Positions 9,925 to 18,937 of a stretch of DNA of 64,000 bases are shown piece by piece. The stretch's first letter is position 1; each line of letters opens with the position of its first letter. The DNA is from Candidatus Saccharimonadia bacterium (GTDB lineage Bacteria; Patescibacteriota; Saccharimonadia; UBA4664). The position numbers were made by a program, and so were the translations under genes. The DNA lies in NCBI GenBank assembly GCA_038244585.1, contig JBBRTI010000002.1, positions 258 through 64,257 of the forward strand, given 5' to 3'. Under the pieces are notes generated by a model, which was given only the letters and a program-made list of their open reading frames with translations, was not told where the DNA came from and searched no databases.

Positions 9925-10263
9925 TCAATCGAGACGGTGAGAGTACAAGTCGATATAATTTGGCGACGGCCTGGCGTGGGCCGGTAAATAAAGTAGCAAA
10001 AATTGCCCACGCATCGGCAGGGCAATGGCGACAACGGCCATCACTCCCAATAACAAAGATAAGGCAGTAGTCGGCGTAAACGGTGCCGAATAGGGCAAAC
10101 GGCTGGCACCCAAACATAGGGTCAGACAGCTGGCACCGCCTTGATCCATCGTCACGGCGTGGTCTTGGTGTGCGGCCGACATGAGGGGTGCCGCACCAAA
10201 ACCGACGATACTCAACGCAACTGCCATGATTGCCGCTAGAATATATCTCGCTCGGGTATTCAT
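9925..10263 (-). CDS. Hypothetical membrane protein, first gene of the copper operon
   Basis: Signal/TM segment, His/Met patch, CLTLC, second TM. Confidence 0.55.
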   Translation of the reverse strand: MNTRARYILAAIMAVALSIVGFGAAPLMSAAHQDHAVTMDQGGASCLTLCLGASRLPYSAPFTPTTALSLLLGVMAVVAIALPMRGQFLLLYLPAHARPSPNYIDLYSHRLD

Positions 10264-10414
10264 GGTTTTATTGTACTGTACTCGTCAATATGAGGGCAAT
10301 TATCGCCGAAATGCAGACGAGCTCTCGGATTCGCCTCATATATATAAATTCAATAATTTGTAATCAAAAGCACTTCCAAACTCAAGTGTTATGTTATAAT
10401 GTAGGTAAGTTCCC

Positions 10415-11617
10415 ATGTATAAATATATCGTTGAGAATGTAGAGCATATTACCGCCTCTACCTTGCTCCTGAGCTTAAGAAAGCGTGAGGGGGAGGGTCT
10501 CTTTTCGTTTCAAGCGGGGCAGTATGCCGCGATTAGTTTTGCTAATCATCACCGACCGACACCGGCCCGCTGTTTTTCAATAGTCAGCTCCCCGACAGAT
10601 CGGGACATATTGCAGTTCAGCATGCGGGTGAGAGGTCACTTCACTCGGGCGCTATCTGGCATTCAGATTGGTGACACCGTCAATGTTCGAGGGCCGTACG
10701 GTGGGTTTGTCGCCGACTTTGGTTTGGATACGGATGTCGTGATGCTAGCAGGCGGCATTGGCATAACCCCGTTCATAAGTATGGCTCGATATGCCGGCGC
10801 TGTTCAGTCAACCAGCAAGCTTACGCTGATATACAGCTGTGCAAACCAAGATGACATCCCGTTCCTAGAGGAGCTTAAACAGCTTGAGGTACAAAACCCA
10901 AATTTCAGGGTGATATTCGTGATTGGACAGGGACCCATGAACAAGCTGGCCGGTCAAGTGGCTGGTACGGGAAGAATCACCCCTGAAATTCTGGATTATT
11001 TATTCGCCACCAGGTATGCTGCCGCGACCTTTTTTGTCTGCGGCCCGCCACCCTTTATGAACGGCATGGTCAAGACCTTGCACTCAAAAGGCGTTGATAT
11101 GGTGCAGATTGTGACGGAAGCCTTTGCTCAGGGGTCACTTCGACAGTCCAGCTCCTTCCGTAGTTGGCCCCGGAGCGTGTACGTTCTTGGCTCGGCCGGT
11201 TTTGCACTTGGCAGCCTCGCGGTTATGGCCAGTGATCTTATCAAAACATTGCCGCCGTCGACAGATCTCGGTTCATCCAATGTTTCTACTAGAACTACGC
11301 TGACGAACTCGCGTCAAACCGATCTCGATTCACTGGTAAACAAGTTACAGCCGACCGCTAACGGGTCCCCGTCATCGGGCGCAGTCATCGCAGCTCAGCT
11401 CGCAGCCACTCCACCTACTGCCATCGCTGCGGCATCGGCCTCTAACCCGACCGCCAGGGTTGCGGCTGCGACTAATACCAGGACGGCAACCAACGCCGTT
11501 TCAAACACTGCGGCCGCTGGTACTAGTGTGGCCAAGCCCCCGGCTGCCACACCGATACCGGCTCCTCCACCAAAAAAATGTACGACAACCCAGAGCGGGG
11601 TTACGACTTGCATCTGA
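10415..11617 (+). CDS. FNR-like FAD/NAD(P)H oxidoreductase with C-terminal TM and Ala/Thr/Pro-rich tail
   Basis: RCFS, GPYG, AGGIGITP, CGPPPFM and EAF motifs. Confidence 0.9.
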   Translation: MYKYIVENVEHITASTLLLSLRKREGEGLFSFQAGQYAAISFANHHRPTPARCFSIVSSPTDRDILQFSMRVRGHFTRALSGIQIGDTVNVRGPYGGFVADFGLDTDVVMLAGGIGITPFISMARYAGAVQSTSKLTLIYSCANQDDIPFLEELKQLEVQNPNFRVIFVIGQGPMNKLAGQVAGTGRITPEILDYLFATRYAAATFFVCGPPPFMNGMVKTLHSKGVDMVQIVTEAFAQGSLRQSSSFRSWPRSVYVLGSAGFALGSLAVMASDLIKTLPPSTDLGSSNVSTRTTLTNSRQTDLDSLVNKLQPTANGSPSSGAVIAAQLAATPPTAIAAASASNPTARVAAATNTRTATNAVSNTAAAGTSVAKPPAATPIPAPPPKKCTTTQSGVTTCI

Positions 11618-12570
11618 CGCAGCACGCCCAGACCAAGATGGCCCTTGGCAGCGAGGTTACATTTAGATTGGTGGCAGCCTCATCTCAAGACCTAGACGAC
11701 GTATTCATTTCACTCTGGCAGCTGGTTTATAGCTTCGAACGAAAGTTCAGCCGCTTTCTGCCGGCTAGCGAGTTGTCGGCGTTTAACCGCGGAGCCGGTC
11801 AAAAAAATCCCGTTTCAGCTGAATTTCATACCTTGCTGGCGGTGGCCAAAGCCTTGGGCGAAACAACCGCCGGTTTATATAATCCGTTCATTTTACCCGC
11901 CCTGCAGCGTGCCGGCTATATGAACTCGGCAGCGCCCGGCTACGAAGGCGACGCAGCGATCGACTACTCGCAGCGGGCCGTCGCCCATGTCGATCAGCTT
12001 GTCATCGGCGACACTTGGGCTTCTATTCCGTTCAATACGGCTCTTGATATGGGCGGATGCGGGAAAGGCTATTTGGCCGACCAGCTGCGGGATGAGTTGG
12101 CTTTTCAAGGTCTGACTGGCTACCAGCTGTCATTCGGAGGCGACATCACGACCTACGGCCACGATGAACATGATGAGCCCTGGACCATTTATATCCAGGA
12201 TGCCGACAACCTTTCAGGCCGTCATGCTTTGGCGGTAGTCTGCCCCGTGGAGCCGTTCGCAGTGGCGACCTCTGGTACCTTCAGACGCAGTAACCAACCA
12301 GCAACTAAGGGCTGGCATCACATCATCGACCCCACTACGCTCGAGCCGGCGGTGACCGACGTCCGCCTGGCGACCGTTTGCGCCCCCATGACTTTGAATG
12401 CGGATGTGCTGGCGTCGTGTGCGGCTATCTTGGGTTCGCGGCGGGCGCCTGAGTTCTTGACGGATCGCAGCGCAATGGCTATGTTGCTTCAGTGCCAGGA
12501 CCAGTCCCGGAAGTACGATGCTAAAATTGATCGTTCAACCGATCATATATTATTGAAAACAATTAGCTAG
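11578..12570 (+). CDS. apbE: FAD:protein FMN transferase (ApbE family); start uncertain
   Basis: MALGS, FSRF..SELS..N, DMGG.GKGY..D, GGDI, VATSG, HHIIDP.T, ADVLA. Confidence 0.9.
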   Translation: MYDNPERGYDLHLTQHAQTKMALGSEVTFRLVAASSQDLDDVFISLWQLVYSFERKFSRFLPASELSAFNRGAGQKNPVSAEFHTLLAVAKALGETTAGLYNPFILPALQRAGYMNSAAPGYEGDAAIDYSQRAVAHVDQLVIGDTWASIPFNTALDMGGCGKGYLADQLRDELAFQGLTGYQLSFGGDITTYGHDEHDEPWTIYIQDADNLSGRHALAVVCPVEPFAVATSGTFRRSNQPATKGWHHIIDPTTLEPAVTDVRLATVCAPMTLNADVLASCAAILGSRRAPEFLTDRSAMAMLLQCQDQSRKYDAKIDRSTDHILLKTIS

Positions 12571-12580
12571 GCGGTTGTTC

Positions 12581-13294
12581 ATGGGTAAGAATTTTTTGAC
12601 GGCGCTAGTGGTTTATATCGGCCTGTCTCTGGCGGCCCCGTTTGCAACCCAGGTCTATGCGCAGGGCGGATCAGGCGACATTATTGTTCAGACGATACCC
12701 GGACCCACGGTGGCAAGCCAACTGACTCACCGGACGGCATCCTCTTGGTCGTGGTATATTACGCGAGCCTCAGGACTGGTCGCTGCGGTTGCTCTAGTCA
12801 TACTTATGCTCTCGGGCATCGGTCAAGTCACAGGCTATACTTTTAGCTTCCTCGAGCCCTTAACTGCCTGGGCATCACACCGCGCACTGGGGCTGACGTT
12901 CGGCGTGGCCGTTCTGGTGCATATGTTTACGCTCCTCTTTGATCATTTTGTACCGTTTAGTCTTCTGAATATTCTCGTGCCGTGGCTGTCGGATTACAAA
13001 CCTGTAACAATCGCGGGCATCCACCTGGGCTCGCTCTTTGTGGCCCTTGGTGTCCTATCGTTCTATGCGTCCATCATGGTTGTGCTGTCATCGATCTTTT
13101 GGATTGATAAGAAGCCCTACATTTGGAAGATTACCCATTTGTTGTCGTACTTGATTATAATTGCCGTCTTTATCCATGCTTTGTACCTGGGTACGGACCT
13201 GCTGCACGGTTGGGCGCGCTGGCTCTGGGTTGCTTCCGGCAGCGCAGTCGCCGCTGCAACTCTACACCGTATGTGGAGGGCAAAAACGATATGA
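12581..13294 (+). CDS. Ferric reductase-like transmembrane (MsrQ-like cytochrome b) protein
   Basis: WYITRASG; paired His helices (HRALG...VH; W...H.LSY...IH); GTD. Confidence 0.85.
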   Translation: MGKNFLTALVVYIGLSLAAPFATQVYAQGGSGDIIVQTIPGPTVASQLTHRTASSWSWYITRASGLVAAVALVILMLSGIGQVTGYTFSFLEPLTAWASHRALGLTFGVAVLVHMFTLLFDHFVPFSLLNILVPWLSDYKPVTIAGIHLGSLFVALGVLSFYASIMVVLSSIFWIDKKPYIWKITHLLSYLIIIAVFIHALYLGTDLLHGWARWLWVASGSAVAAATLHRMWRAKTI

Positions 13295-14208
13295 CTAGGG
13301 TATTGTTGCGAGCACGTCAACGGAGCCATTTTCGGTTGGTGTGGAGTATTACCATTGGTGTGATTCTGGTCCTTGTCACAGCCTGGGTATATAAAGCCGC
13401 GTCCAACGTCAGGACCCATACCTTGCCGGTCGGTGGTATTAAACTGAGCGTCCCATACTCCAAATATCTGGTAAATGAACCGATTACTTTCACGATTACA
13501 AATCTTTACAATAGCCCTATCTACATAGCCAACGCCTGCCCCTCGGAACCGCTGAGCGTCTACCGTCAGGTAAACGGCGTTTGGGTGAGGCTCCATGATA
13601 CCGCCACGGCCAAAGGTTGCAGCAAAGAGGACCGGAGAATTGTTGTGCCTGCAAATGGCTTCGTGAATGGCAATTTTTCCGCGTGGCCTCATTTGTTCAA
13701 CCAGCCCGGGCATTACCGGGTGGTGGCCTACGTTGAATATTATTCGGCTCTGGAATTCCAGGAATTCGATGTCATCGCCGTACCTCCGCCGTTCATTGCG
13801 GCCCTGTCGCCAGCCGCGACAACCGCCGCCGGCCAGACTTCAAATAACCCTGGTGCTTCGTCAGCGACGACGGCAAATCGAAGCACTACCGCAACCGGCA
13901 GTCGCCCGGCTCCAACTTACGCACCTCAGCATTATCAAATTACGGTAGACCGGTACGGCAATTACAATACGACAAACCTTAATTTGCACGTTGGTGATAT
14001 TCTTACTATCGTCTACACGCAACAAGGCCCCGACGAGATTCAGACTAACTTTACGCCTCTTTCCCCCTCAACACCGGGTATAGACAGCGTTACCGTCGAC
14101 CACGAAAATACGTCGAGGTCAATTATTTTGAGGTCAAAGGGCACATGGAGATACTCTGCGGCCCCTGACATCACTACCGGTAATTCGGGAACTCTGAACG
14201 TAAATTAA
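13291..14208 (+). CDS. Membrane-anchored extracytoplasmic protein with two beta-rich domains
   Basis: ATGA overlap with the upstream gene; N-terminal TM; Cys pair; Thr/Ala linker. Confidence 0.65.
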   Translation: MTRVLLRARQRSHFRLVWSITIGVILVLVTAWVYKAASNVRTHTLPVGGIKLSVPYSKYLVNEPITFTITNLYNSPIYIANACPSEPLSVYRQVNGVWVRLHDTATAKGCSKEDRRIVVPANGFVNGNFSAWPHLFNQPGHYRVVAYVEYYSALEFQEFDVIAVPPPFIAALSPAATTAAGQTSNNPGASSATTANRSTTATGSRPAPTYAPQHYQITVDRYGNYNTTNLNLHVGDILTIVYTQQGPDEIQTNFTPLSPSTPGIDSVTVDHENTSRSIILRSKGTWRYSAAPDITTGNSGTLNVN

Positions 14209-14487
14209 AGCAGGCAAAATTAGGCATCATGGCTGCCGCTGCGGGGTAATAACTGCGTCCCAAGACGCGCCGACAACAGACTTCCGATTGAAAAACGTAC
14301 GGGTTGATGATATAGTAATCGTATCTTGATTGGACAGTCGTTACGCTGCCATAGGCTAGGTCACAGTCCTCACACGGACAAAGATTTTACCGAAACCAAG
14401 ACTCATACAATCGTCTTACACGCATACCTAGGTAGCTACGTAGTTGAGAAGTATAGAATACAATTTACGTAGCACAGAGGTTTATAC

Positions 14488-14787
14488 ATGCAGAACAAAT
14501 TATTCGTAGCCGGTCTCGACTTTAACGTCACCGACGAAACCCTTGGCGAGCTTTTTGCCGGCCAGGGAACAGTACAGAGCGCCAAGGTAGTCATGGACCG
14601 CGACACCGGCCGCTCACGCGGTTTCGGCTTCGTCGAGATGGCAACTGAAGCAGAGGCCAACGCCGCTGTCACAGCCCTTAACGGCAAAGACATCAACGGT
14701 CGCAGCCTGGTAGTAAACGTTGCTAAGCCTCAGGCTGGCGGCGGTGGTGGTGGCGGACGTTCGTCCGACCGCGGATCTCGCTACTAA
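14488..14787 (+). CDS. RRM (RNP-1) RNA-binding protein with Gly-rich tail
   Basis: KLFVAGL (RNP2) and RGFGFVEM (RNP1). Confidence 0.95.
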   Translation: MQNKLFVAGLDFNVTDETLGELFAGQGTVQSAKVVMDRDTGRSRGFGFVEMATEAEANAAVTALNGKDINGRSLVVNVAKPQAGGGGGGGRSSDRGSRY

Positions 14788-14791
14788 CCCA

Positions 14792-15121
14792 GTGCGATTT
14801 TTTATTCCTCACGCCAAACCCTCAGAGTATGAGACTCAATACGCCAGCATGATTGCTGCCGTGAAGGATCAAATGCGCTGGGTTATCGGCGAGAGGCGTA
14901 TTTACCGCATTGAATATACGCACGACAAAAAACGCCATTCCTTACAGGTTGGCGAGGTCGAGGCCATGGGCCGCGACTATGAAGTCTGCGCTATCCTCGA
15001 ATCGAACTCCTACGTTGCCATTACCAAAGACTTGCAGGGCAAGCACGGTGTGACGATCATGGTCGATAAAGATGAGGTTACCGCCTCAGAGGATTTTCAA
15101 GCGGTCAAAGTCGCCTCGTAA
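14792..15121 (+). CDS. Hypothetical protein
   Basis: GTG 4 nt after the RRM stop (MRFFIPHAKP...); followed by a terminator. Confidence 0.6.
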   Translation: MRFFIPHAKPSEYETQYASMIAAVKDQMRWVIGERRIYRIEYTHDKKRHSLQVGEVEAMGRDYEVCAILESNSYVAITKDLQGKHGVTIMVDKDEVTASEDFQAVKVAS

Positions 15122-15140
15122 CGAGCAATAAAGAGCAGCA

Positions 15141-15178
15141 AAAGAGACCCTCCCGGTATTAACTGGGAGGGTCTCTTT
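15141..15178. terminator. Bidirectional intrinsic terminator
   Basis: aaagagaccctccc...gggagggtctcttt between convergent genes. Confidence 0.8.
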
Positions 15179-15263
15179 GTGTACTAAGACACATGTCTTG
15201 GCCACGAACAAAAGAAGAAGCCTCACTCGGGTAAAGTAAGGCTTAAGCGGACGGGGGATTCGG

Positions 15264-15497
15264 CTATTTCGGGACACGGATCATGCGCTTTTTGTTGTTC
15301 TCGATCAGCAGCACGGGCGTTCCGAGGTTGCGAGGCGGGTGCTGCGCCTCATTGCTGCGGATGATGAACCGGCCCCGTTTGCTGAGACCACCGTGTTTGC
15401 CGGTAGGCGGTTGGCTGGCTTTGACGGGCTTTAGACCTGAGGCAGCCTTTTTCGCTGACTTCGGCTCGGCACCGCGGGCACTCTTGCCTTTGGCCAT
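15264..15497 (-). CDS. Small basic hypothetical protein (77 aa)
   Basis: GAAGGGGTGA RBS before MAKGKSARG...; Lys/Arg-rich. Confidence 0.55.
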   Translation of the reverse strand: MAKGKSARGAEPKSAKKAASGLKPVKASQPPTGKHGGLSKRGRFIIRSNEAQHPPRNLGTPVLLIENNKKRMIRVPK

Positions 15498-15707
15498 ATC
15501 GTTCACCCCTTCCGAGGCGGGGAGCGGTTCAGTCAAGCCTAGATGGCTCAATTAATAGCTTAACACCTAATTAGGCGTAATAATTGATTGTCTATTGGTG
15601 TGTTTTAATTGCAGGATACATCCAAATATGTTATGGTACAGGCACTTATACGGATAATATCCCGCCAAGAGTACTTTTCCCCCATCGGTTCTTCGAAAGT
15701 TGAAACC

Positions 15708-16055
15708 ATGTCACGAAACCGAGGTTTAGAAGCTCGCCTTCGTCGCAAAACGACGGCCAGTAATGCGCAGCTGAAGATCAATTTTGCCGTACCGACGGAC
15801 CCACGGTTGCTGCAACCGCCCACCGATGAAGATTGTGTCTACAGCAATGGGATTTGCAAGACCCATTCTGTCGCGCTGCCGTCGGTGGATCGAACTTGGA
15901 CTATTACGGGTGTTCGGCTGGACGAAACAGGCCAGACAGCCACAGAAGAGGTTCTCGCCTATGCCTACGATTGCCGCGAGGCCCAAGAACATCTGGCCAA
16001 GATGTGGCCATGTCCCTCCATGCCAAGGGATAAGCTACGCATTGTTGCCCCCTGA
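15708..16055 (+). CDS. Hypothetical protein
   Basis: MSRNRGLEARL...; followed by a terminator. Confidence 0.45.
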   Translation: MSRNRGLEARLRRKTTASNAQLKINFAVPTDPRLLQPPTDEDCVYSNGICKTHSVALPSVDRTWTITGVRLDETGQTATEEVLAYAYDCREAQEHLAKMWPCPSMPRDKLRIVAP

Positions 16056-16076
16056 ACCCACAACACTCCCGCCCAC

Positions 16077-16108
16077 GAAAAGGCCCGCGCCTTTGCGTGG
16101 GCCTTTTC
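16077..16108 (+). terminator. Intrinsic terminator
   Basis: gaaaaggcccgcgc-cttt-gcgtgggccttttc. Confidence 0.7.
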
Positions 16109-16205
16109 ATTTATCAAACCAACCTCAAGTTCCTCTCCCATCCGACGACATAAATGGTATCCTTAAGGAGCAACCGGATACGGTTCCAATAAGAGGTATT
16201 ATTTC

Positions 16206-16475
16206 GTGAATAACAAATTATTTGTAGCTGGACTTGATTTTGGCATCGATGACGACGCCCTTTTAGATTTGTTTCAAGCCTGCGGTGACGTTTTAACGGC
16301 CCGGGTTGCCGTCGACCGGGATACCTCGCAATCCCGCGGGTTCGGGTTCGTGGAAATGGCCAGCGATGAGGAGGCTGAAGAGGCTATACGTGCGTTAGAC
16401 GGACAGACTCTGGCCGGACGCACCTTAGTGGTGAGTGTCGCAAAATCGTCCGGCGGCCGATCCGGCGGGCGATAA
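16206..16475 (+). CDS. Second RRM RNA-binding protein
   Basis: KLFVAGL and RGFGFVEM; paralog of 14488..14787. Confidence 0.93.
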   Translation: MNNKLFVAGLDFGIDDDALLDLFQACGDVLTARVAVDRDTSQSRGFGFVEMASDEEAEEAIRALDGQTLAGRTLVVSVAKSSGGRSGGR

Positions 16476-16742
16476 AACACAGTTCCACGGCCAAAATATC
16501 GTCATTATCTTGTGACATAACCTGCAAATATACATCGTTAACGTGTCAAAACGGTTAAGCTACGAATGACATTTTGAATTGACTTTAATCATAATTCATT
16601 GTAGCGTTTTATCCATGTAACAGACTCGATTGCCACAAGTGCTATCGGTCTGCGTGTTGTTTGACACATAAATTCCATTGTCCAAGTCGACAGCGGACGG
16701 CTAAGTGCTGTTCATGTCACAGCCTCAGAAAGAGGTGTCTCT

Positions 16743-18185
16743 ATGTTCAGTCCCTTTCAACGGCGTGATGTTGTCGACACAAGACGACAGAACCCGCAGC
16801 AGTATACCCAGCAGCGCCCCACACTAAATGTTTGGACGGTACTCAAACTGGCCGTGTATTCTCTGTGGTGGGTCGTCGGACTTTTCGTGGTTATGTCGGT
16901 GTTGATCAACCACGCTGCAGCACCCCTACAGACCTGGCTGTCGTCTCCAAGCGCGTCAACGCTGAGCGCCCTCAATAATGACGGCGACAGCACTACCTCT
17001 GCCCCGAGCAGTAACGCTGCGGCGGCTACGGCCGCCAAGCTCAGTTCATCGCCGACTGCTGTCGTCAACGATCAATTCCTGATGCAGCAATCCATGGATA
17101 TCAACGAAACGACGATCGCCCTACGGGCGAACCTCAATTCACCGACACCCAACCGGTTGTCTATCCTTGGCTACCCGGCGCTGAACCAAGCGCTCGACGG
17201 GTACCAAAAATCGATAGTGTCATTCAGGGACAACCAACCGTGGCTCTTCTGGCCATTGGCCTTGGTTGTGCTGGCGTTGGTGTTTCTCATTTTACCGGTA
17301 TCGCTGTCAATCCATCGTCAGCATGCCAAGGTCAACGGGCTGCCACCAAAGCATGTCCATCCCGCTACCGCGTTGGCGCTTTTGGCGGTGATTACCCTGA
17401 TGGTGATTACGCCGCTGCAGGCCATGTCGCTTACGCACACCCTGAGCGTTGCAACAGTCAGAAGCGCGTTCTTGGGTAGTTCGTTCAACGACCTCCAGCA
17501 GCGGTCACAGCGTGAGCTGATCGATGCTCCGGCGGCAGAAAGTATTCTCGGTCCTGCCGGGCGTACTGACACAGGTATCACCTATGTCACTGCCGTTCGC
17601 AACGGCGACCCCGTCACAGCCCAACAGGTGAAGGCTTTTGCCCACGAGAAGGCGACGAACCAGACCGCTATCGCGGTACCGGCTTCCTCGCTTATTCACA
17701 CCGAAGTTGTCAATATCCTGGAGCGTGTCACCTTGCTCGCGGCTCAGTTGGTCCAAGCCGTCCTCACTTTGCTGATGAGCCCCCTAGTGGCGCTCATGAT
17801 CATGCTGTTGGCGTTTTGGAGGAAAAACCGTAAATATGCTCTAGGGTATGTGGGGTCGGTCATTGTCCTGTTTATCGCGCTGGGGGTCTTTACTCTCGTC
17901 GGCAGCGGTATCGGTTGGTTTGACCTCTGGTTCAACTCAACCATGGCAGGTAGCGATCTAGGCTTCACGGCCGCCGTATTGACGATGCTCGCGTGGTTTG
18001 CGGCTTTCCACCTCTTGAGATGGATGGCGCTGCAGGCGCACGTGCGTGCCCGTACGGCCGTTCTCGAACGTCGGCAAGCTAAATCTATGGTTGACCATGA
18101 TGCCTCCTCACAGAGGCAGGTATTGGGTAAGTCACAGGTCAAGCGGCTGGCCGGGAGAGCGTCAGCCCGGAAGGGGCCCTCATGA
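16743..18185 (+). CDS. Polytopic membrane protein, possibly VirB6/TcpH-like
   Basis: GAGGT RBS; ~7 TMs; basic tail; translationally coupled to the hydrolase genes. Confidence 0.55.
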   Translation: MFSPFQRRDVVDTRRQNPQQYTQQRPTLNVWTVLKLAVYSLWWVVGLFVVMSVLINHAAAPLQTWLSSPSASTLSALNNDGDSTTSAPSSNAAAATAAKLSSSPTAVVNDQFLMQQSMDINETTIALRANLNSPTPNRLSILGYPALNQALDGYQKSIVSFRDNQPWLFWPLALVVLALVFLILPVSLSIHRQHAKVNGLPPKHVHPATALALLAVITLMVITPLQAMSLTHTLSVATVRSAFLGSSFNDLQQRSQRELIDAPAAESILGPAGRTDTGITYVTAVRNGDPVTAQQVKAFAHEKATNQTAIAVPASSLIHTEVVNILERVTLLAAQLVQAVLTLLMSPLVALMIMLLAFWRKNRKYALGYVGSVIVLFIALGVFTLVGSGIGWFDLWFNSTMAGSDLGFTAAVLTMLAWFAAFHLLRWMALQAHVRARTAVLERRQAKSMVDHDASSQRQVLGKSQVKRLAGRASARKGPS

Positions 18186-18937
18186 CGACACTTACGGATC
18201 AACGTAGTGCAGTCCAGGAGGCATCGGTTGCTCCCGGCGGGTCGTCATTCGTGACGGTCCTGCTGGGAGTGATCGTCATGATCCCAGTCCTGTTCGGATC
18301 GGGTTTCGTCTCGGTCGGAAACATCCAGATAGCCTCCGCTACCGCGGCGGCCAAGGACTTTCTTGCCTTTGCCATCCAGGCCCATGAAGTTGTTCCCGGC
18401 ATCACGACGATTCCGGGTATTGCCAAGGACGGTGCAGCCAAGCCGAAACCGGCAACGGCTGTACCGACCTCCGGCAACTACGGGTGGACTGATGCCGGCT
18501 CAAGCTGGCATTCCAAGCTTCCGTCCGCCGCTGGTCCCTTCATTGGGATTATCGAAGACGCGGCTAAAAGCAAAAACGTCGACCCGCGGCTGGTGGCGGC
18601 CTTGTTTTGGTATGAATCCGGATTTCAACCCAGGATATGCTCAGGCAAGGGTGCGTGCGGCCTCGGCCAGCTGATGCCAGGAACCGCCACTGGGCTAGGC
18701 GTGACTGATCGGAGTGATCCGTATCAGAACGCACAAGCCTCGGCTAGGTACATCAGGATTCAGTTGAACCGTTTCGGCCGCCTAGACTATGCTCTGGCCG
18801 CCTATAACGCGGGTCCCGGAGCCGTGACAAGATACGGTGGTATACCTCCGTATCCAGATACTATCAGGTATGTTCCTGATGTAACGAGAATATTTGTCAA
18901 GCTCGGCGGCAAAGTGTCTAGCGGAGCTAAGCGATGA
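18182..18937 (+). CDS. Membrane-anchored lytic transglycosylase (SLT/GH23)
   Basis: ES.F.P...S.KGA.GL.QLMPGT; ALAAYNAGPG. Confidence 0.92.
   Translation: MTTLTDQRSAVQEASVAPGGSSFVTVLLGVIVMIPVLFGSGFVSVGNIQIASATAAAKDFLAFAIQAHEVVPGITTIPGIAKDGAAKPKPATAVPTSGNYGWTDAGSSWHSKLPSAAGPFIGIIEDAAKSKNVDPRLVAALFWYESGFQPRICSGKGACGLGQLMPGTATGLGVTDRSDPYQNAQASARYIRIQLNRFGRLDYALAAYNAGPGAVTRYGGIPPYPDTIRYVPDVTRIFVKLGGKVSSGAKR

Noticed and set aside
16620-16740. Possible riboswitch upstream of the T4SS cluster
   Set aside because: Only weak hairpins; no known aptamer consensus was recognised.
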